Assembly: GCF_018977255.1 (NCBI RefSeq)
Contig: NW_024704742.1
Coordinates: 77,750,001 to 77,814,000, forward strand
Direction: 5' to 3'
Origin: Callorhinchus milii
Taxonomy: Eukaryota
Length of the DNA stretch: 64,000 nucleotides
The number at the start of each line of letters is the position of its first letter. The first letter of the stretch is position 1. The position numbers were made by a program, and so were the translations under genes. The notes beneath the pieces were generated by a model. That model worked only from the letters and a program-made list of their open reading frames with translations, searched no databases and was not told where the DNA came from. This document shows positions 60,623 through 64,000 of the stretch, piece after piece.

Positions 60623-62485
60623 CAACAACAATAAAATCACATTTGTATAGCTCCTTTCACGTCAGTAGGACGTTGCAAGGCGCTGGACAGTCAGTGTTTC
60701 AGACCCAAGCTGGGGCTCAGGATTTGGGAGGGTGGAGGGCAGGGGGGGGAAGCAGGGTGATCAAAAGCACGGTCGAAGAGGACGGTCTTGAGATGGGTCT
60801 TGAAGGAGGCAGGGGAGGGGGTGAGGTGGAGGGACTGCGGGATGGAGTTCCAGAGAGTGGGGGCAGAGTGGCAGAAGGCCCGCCCACCAATTGGAGGGCA
60901 GAGGAGGCAATGTTGAGGAGGTGGGGAAAGGCAGAGCGGGTCATAGCACGGATGTGGGGGATGAAGGACAATGAGCGTGAAACAGGACGCCGAGGTTCCG
61001 TATTGGCTCCATGAGGTGTAGAGTGCATCCATGAAGGGTGATGCTGTCAATGCCCGAGGTAGGGAGGCGCGGACTGGAGCCAAGCAGGAGGGCCTCAGTC
61101 TTGTTCACATTCAACTGGAGGAAGTTTGCTTTCATCCAGGACTTGATGTGCGACAGATAGTCTGTGAGAACAGCAGTGGTCCTGGAGGCAAGGACAGGTC
61201 CGTGAAGGTTGAGCTGAGAGGAGATGCGGTGGAGGAGGATAGAATGGTCGACAGCAGAGAGGTCGAGGAGAATGAGGAGGCAGAAAAAGTCCTGGTCGCA
61301 GTTGGACAGAATGTGTTAGTGACTTTAACCAGGGCTGAAACCCAATTGGAGGGGTTCATTGAGGGAATAGCAGATGGGGAATGAGTGAAGCAACGACTCG
61401 TTCCAGGGCCTTGGAGAAGAAAGGGAGGTTGGAGATGGGGCGGTAGCTGGAAAGTAGTGATGAGTCCAGGGAAGATTTTTTGAGGATGGGGGTGATGGCA
61501 GCAGTGTTTAGAGGGATGGGAACAGTGGCAATGCAGTGGATAAGGAGTGGTTGATGATGTTGGTTAAAAGAGGGGCCAGGAACTGGGTTGGGGTCGAGGG
61601 AGAGGGTGGTGGGCTTCATTGTTGAGATGATGGAGTTGAGAGAAGAAGGGGAGACAGGGTTGAAAGTGCGTAAGGAGAGGTGGCTAGGGGCCAGGGTGTG
61701 AGGCAGAGGTGGGGAGGGCTTAGCGTAAACGCGGGAGAGATAGCCGAGCAAATCCCTTCGATTTTGGACTCGGAAGTACAACATCTCCTCGCAGTTGGAA
61801 TTGGAGGAGAGGATGGGCGAGGCGTGGGAAGGTGGACGGAGGAGGCGGCTTCTTGTGGAGAAGAGGACCTTGGGGTAGTCCTTGGCTCCTCTTCTCCGGA
61901 GCGGCAGGTTTTCGCATGGTCGAGCCATTTGATTTGATCTAGGTGCGTTCGGCGACACGCACTTGTGGATTGAGGGATCGGAGATGGTTGGTGTACCAGG
62001 GAGATTTCCGTGATTAGGAGACAATTCGGGAGGTGCAGGGGGCAAGGGAGTCAAAAATGTCAAGAAAGGAGGAGAAGGAGTTGTGGAGAAGAGGGAGCGA
62101 GGTGGGTAGATCATTATGAGAAGGCCAGAGAGGGGCAGGAGTTCGGATGACTCCAGGGCAGCTGAGAGGAAGTGGGGTAGAGATTTTTTTCCAGGAAGTT
62201 AGGAGATGGTGGTGGATTGAGTGGTGGGGGAGGGGGATAGAGGAGTTGAGGGGGATGAAATAGTGGTCCAAAATGGCTTTTTCAGTGATGGTGATGTCCG
62301 AGACGGTGAGGCCCGGGAGATCACCAGATCAAGGGGATGATTGTGAACGTGGACGTGGGGTTGATGTGGAAGGAGAGGAGGGAGGAGAAGTCAGCAGAGG
62401 TACAGCAGTAGGGGGTGAAGTGGAGGTTGAAGTCGCCTAGGATGAGGAGGCATTCGGAGCAGAGGAGAGAGAGGATAGGAGGGTA
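60623..62485 (-). mobile_element. Decayed, internally deleted L2 LINE
   Basis: Tail at 60623, YRPISNLPFFSKALE, ILGDFN near 62440. Confidence 0.92.
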
Positions 62486-62490
62486 GAATT

Positions 62491-64000
62491 AATAATAATA
62501 ATCCTTGCATTTGATATAGCGCCTTATCACGTCTTCAAGACAACAACAACAATTTGGATTTATATAGCGCCCTCCACGCTGGACGGCATCTCAGAGTGCT
62601 TCACATTAACGGATCCAAGGGCCGAGGCAAGGGGAGGGGGAGGAAGGTAACCAAAGGTGTGGTCGAAAAGAAAGGTCTTCAGCCGAGACCTGAAAATAGG
62701 AAGAGAGGGGGCAAGACGAAGGGAGCGCGGAAGGGAGTTCCAGAGCCTTGGGGCATAGTGGTTGAAAGCACAGCTGCCGAGGGTGGAGCGGAGGACTCAG
62801 GGGACAAGGAGGAGGCCAGACCCGGTGGAGCGAAGGCAATGGGCACTGTTGTGAGGAGAGAGGAGGTCAGAGAGGGAGGGGGTTGAAGAGGAGTGGAGGG
62901 ACTTGAAGACAAGGGTGAGGGATCTTAAAGTCGATCCTCTCTGGGACAGGCAGCCAGTGCAGTCTGGCAAGGACTGGGGTGATCGGGGAGCGCAGTTTGG
63001 TGCGGGTAAGAATGTGGGCAGCAGAGTTTTGGATGACCTGAATTTTATGAATGGTAGTAGAGGGGAGACCGGCGAGAGGAGGGCATTTGAATAGTCCAAC
63101 TGAGAGGTGACAAAGGCATGAACCAGGGTATCAGTGGCTTTTGGAGTGAGGTATTGGCGGAGACGGGCAATGCGACGGAGGTGGAAGAAAGCGGTGCTGG
63201 TGAAGGACCGGATGTGGGGCAGGAAGGATAAATGGGGGTTGAACCTGATGCCTAGGTTGCGTACGGGTTTGGATAGTTTTAGGGGGAGGTCGGGTAGGTG
63301 GAGGAGGTGAGAACCGTGAGATTTTAGACGTTGACGAGAGCCAGAGTATGGCTTCCGTCTTGTCCATATTCAGCTGAAGGAAATTTGTGCTCATCCAGCC
63401 CCTGAAGTCTGACAGACAGGCTCAAGAACATCAGGGGACTGGGGGTCGCAAAGTGAGGTGGAAAAATAGAGTTGGGTGTCGTCCGCATACATGTGGAAGT
63501 GTACCCCATGTCTGCGGATGACATTCCCAAGAGGGAGCATGTAGATCAGAAAGAGGAGGGGGCCAAGGATGGATCCTTGGGGTACCCAGCAGGTAACCGA
63601 GTGAGAGCGGGAGGAGAAGCCGTTTGTGCAGATGTACTGCTGGCGATTTGTGAGATAGGACTCGAACCAGGCGAGTGCGGTCTCCTGAGGCGGATGATGG
63701 AGGAAAGGCGGTGGAGGAGGATGGCGTGGTCGATTGTGTCGAATCCGGCGGAGAGGTCCAGGAGGGCAAGGAGGCAGAGGCAGCCCTGGTCACAGATAGA
63801 GAGGATGTCATTTGTTACTTTCACAAGCGCAGTCTCTGTCCTGTGGGCAGGGTGGAAACCGGACTGGAGGGGTTCAAAGAGGGAGTGGGAGGAGAGGTGT
63901 GCGCGGAGTTGATTGGCAACAACGCGTTCTAGGACTTTTGCGAGGAAGGGCAGGTTTGAAATAGGGTGGTAGTGGCTGGGGTTTGAGGGATCTAAGGAAG
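62491..64000 (-). mobile_element. SINE tail (62491-62540) then L2 LINE (another subfamily) running off the window end
   Basis: [33 protein letters not shown] on the minus strand. Confidence 0.92.

Noticed and set aside
1..64000. Prokaryotic systems (operons, CRISPR, defence islands) or a PATJ assignment
   Set aside because: The exon-intron structure and vertebrate TEs show eukaryotic DNA; PDZ4, PDZ6, PDZ7 and the EDEFGYSW motif match MPDZ better than PATJ.

Overview
Vertebrate (eukaryotic) genomic DNA, most likely a cartilaginous fish such as an elephant shark or chimaera. This is inferred only from the repeat content: tRNA/Deu-type SINEs, L2 and CR1 LINEs, and Penelope-type palindromes. The whole window lies inside one + strand gene, MPDZ/MUPP1. 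I could trace 24 core coding exons (3706..59809) with consistent splice phases; they encode the post-L27 linker, PDZ1-PDZ7 and the linker toward PDZ8. The 5' and 3' exons lie outside the window. Introns are filled with L2, CR1 and SINE copies, often nested. The most notable observations are: (1) an array of phase-0 cassette exons between PDZ7 and PDZ8, three with a TNPF (EH-domain ligand-like) motif, one of which has an in-frame stop; (2) a candidate internal first exon for a PDZ8-onward isoform; (3) two GC-AG introns; (4) a hammerhead-ribozyme-like core in a Penelope-type insert, with a second copy showing a covarying stem; (5) a recurrent 5'-truncated repeat whose longest copy retains a decayed restriction-like-endonuclease-type motif. 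All comparisons to human MPDZ and to TE families are from memory, not from searches. TE boundaries are approximate (about +/-20 bp); exon boundaries were read directly from splice sites.
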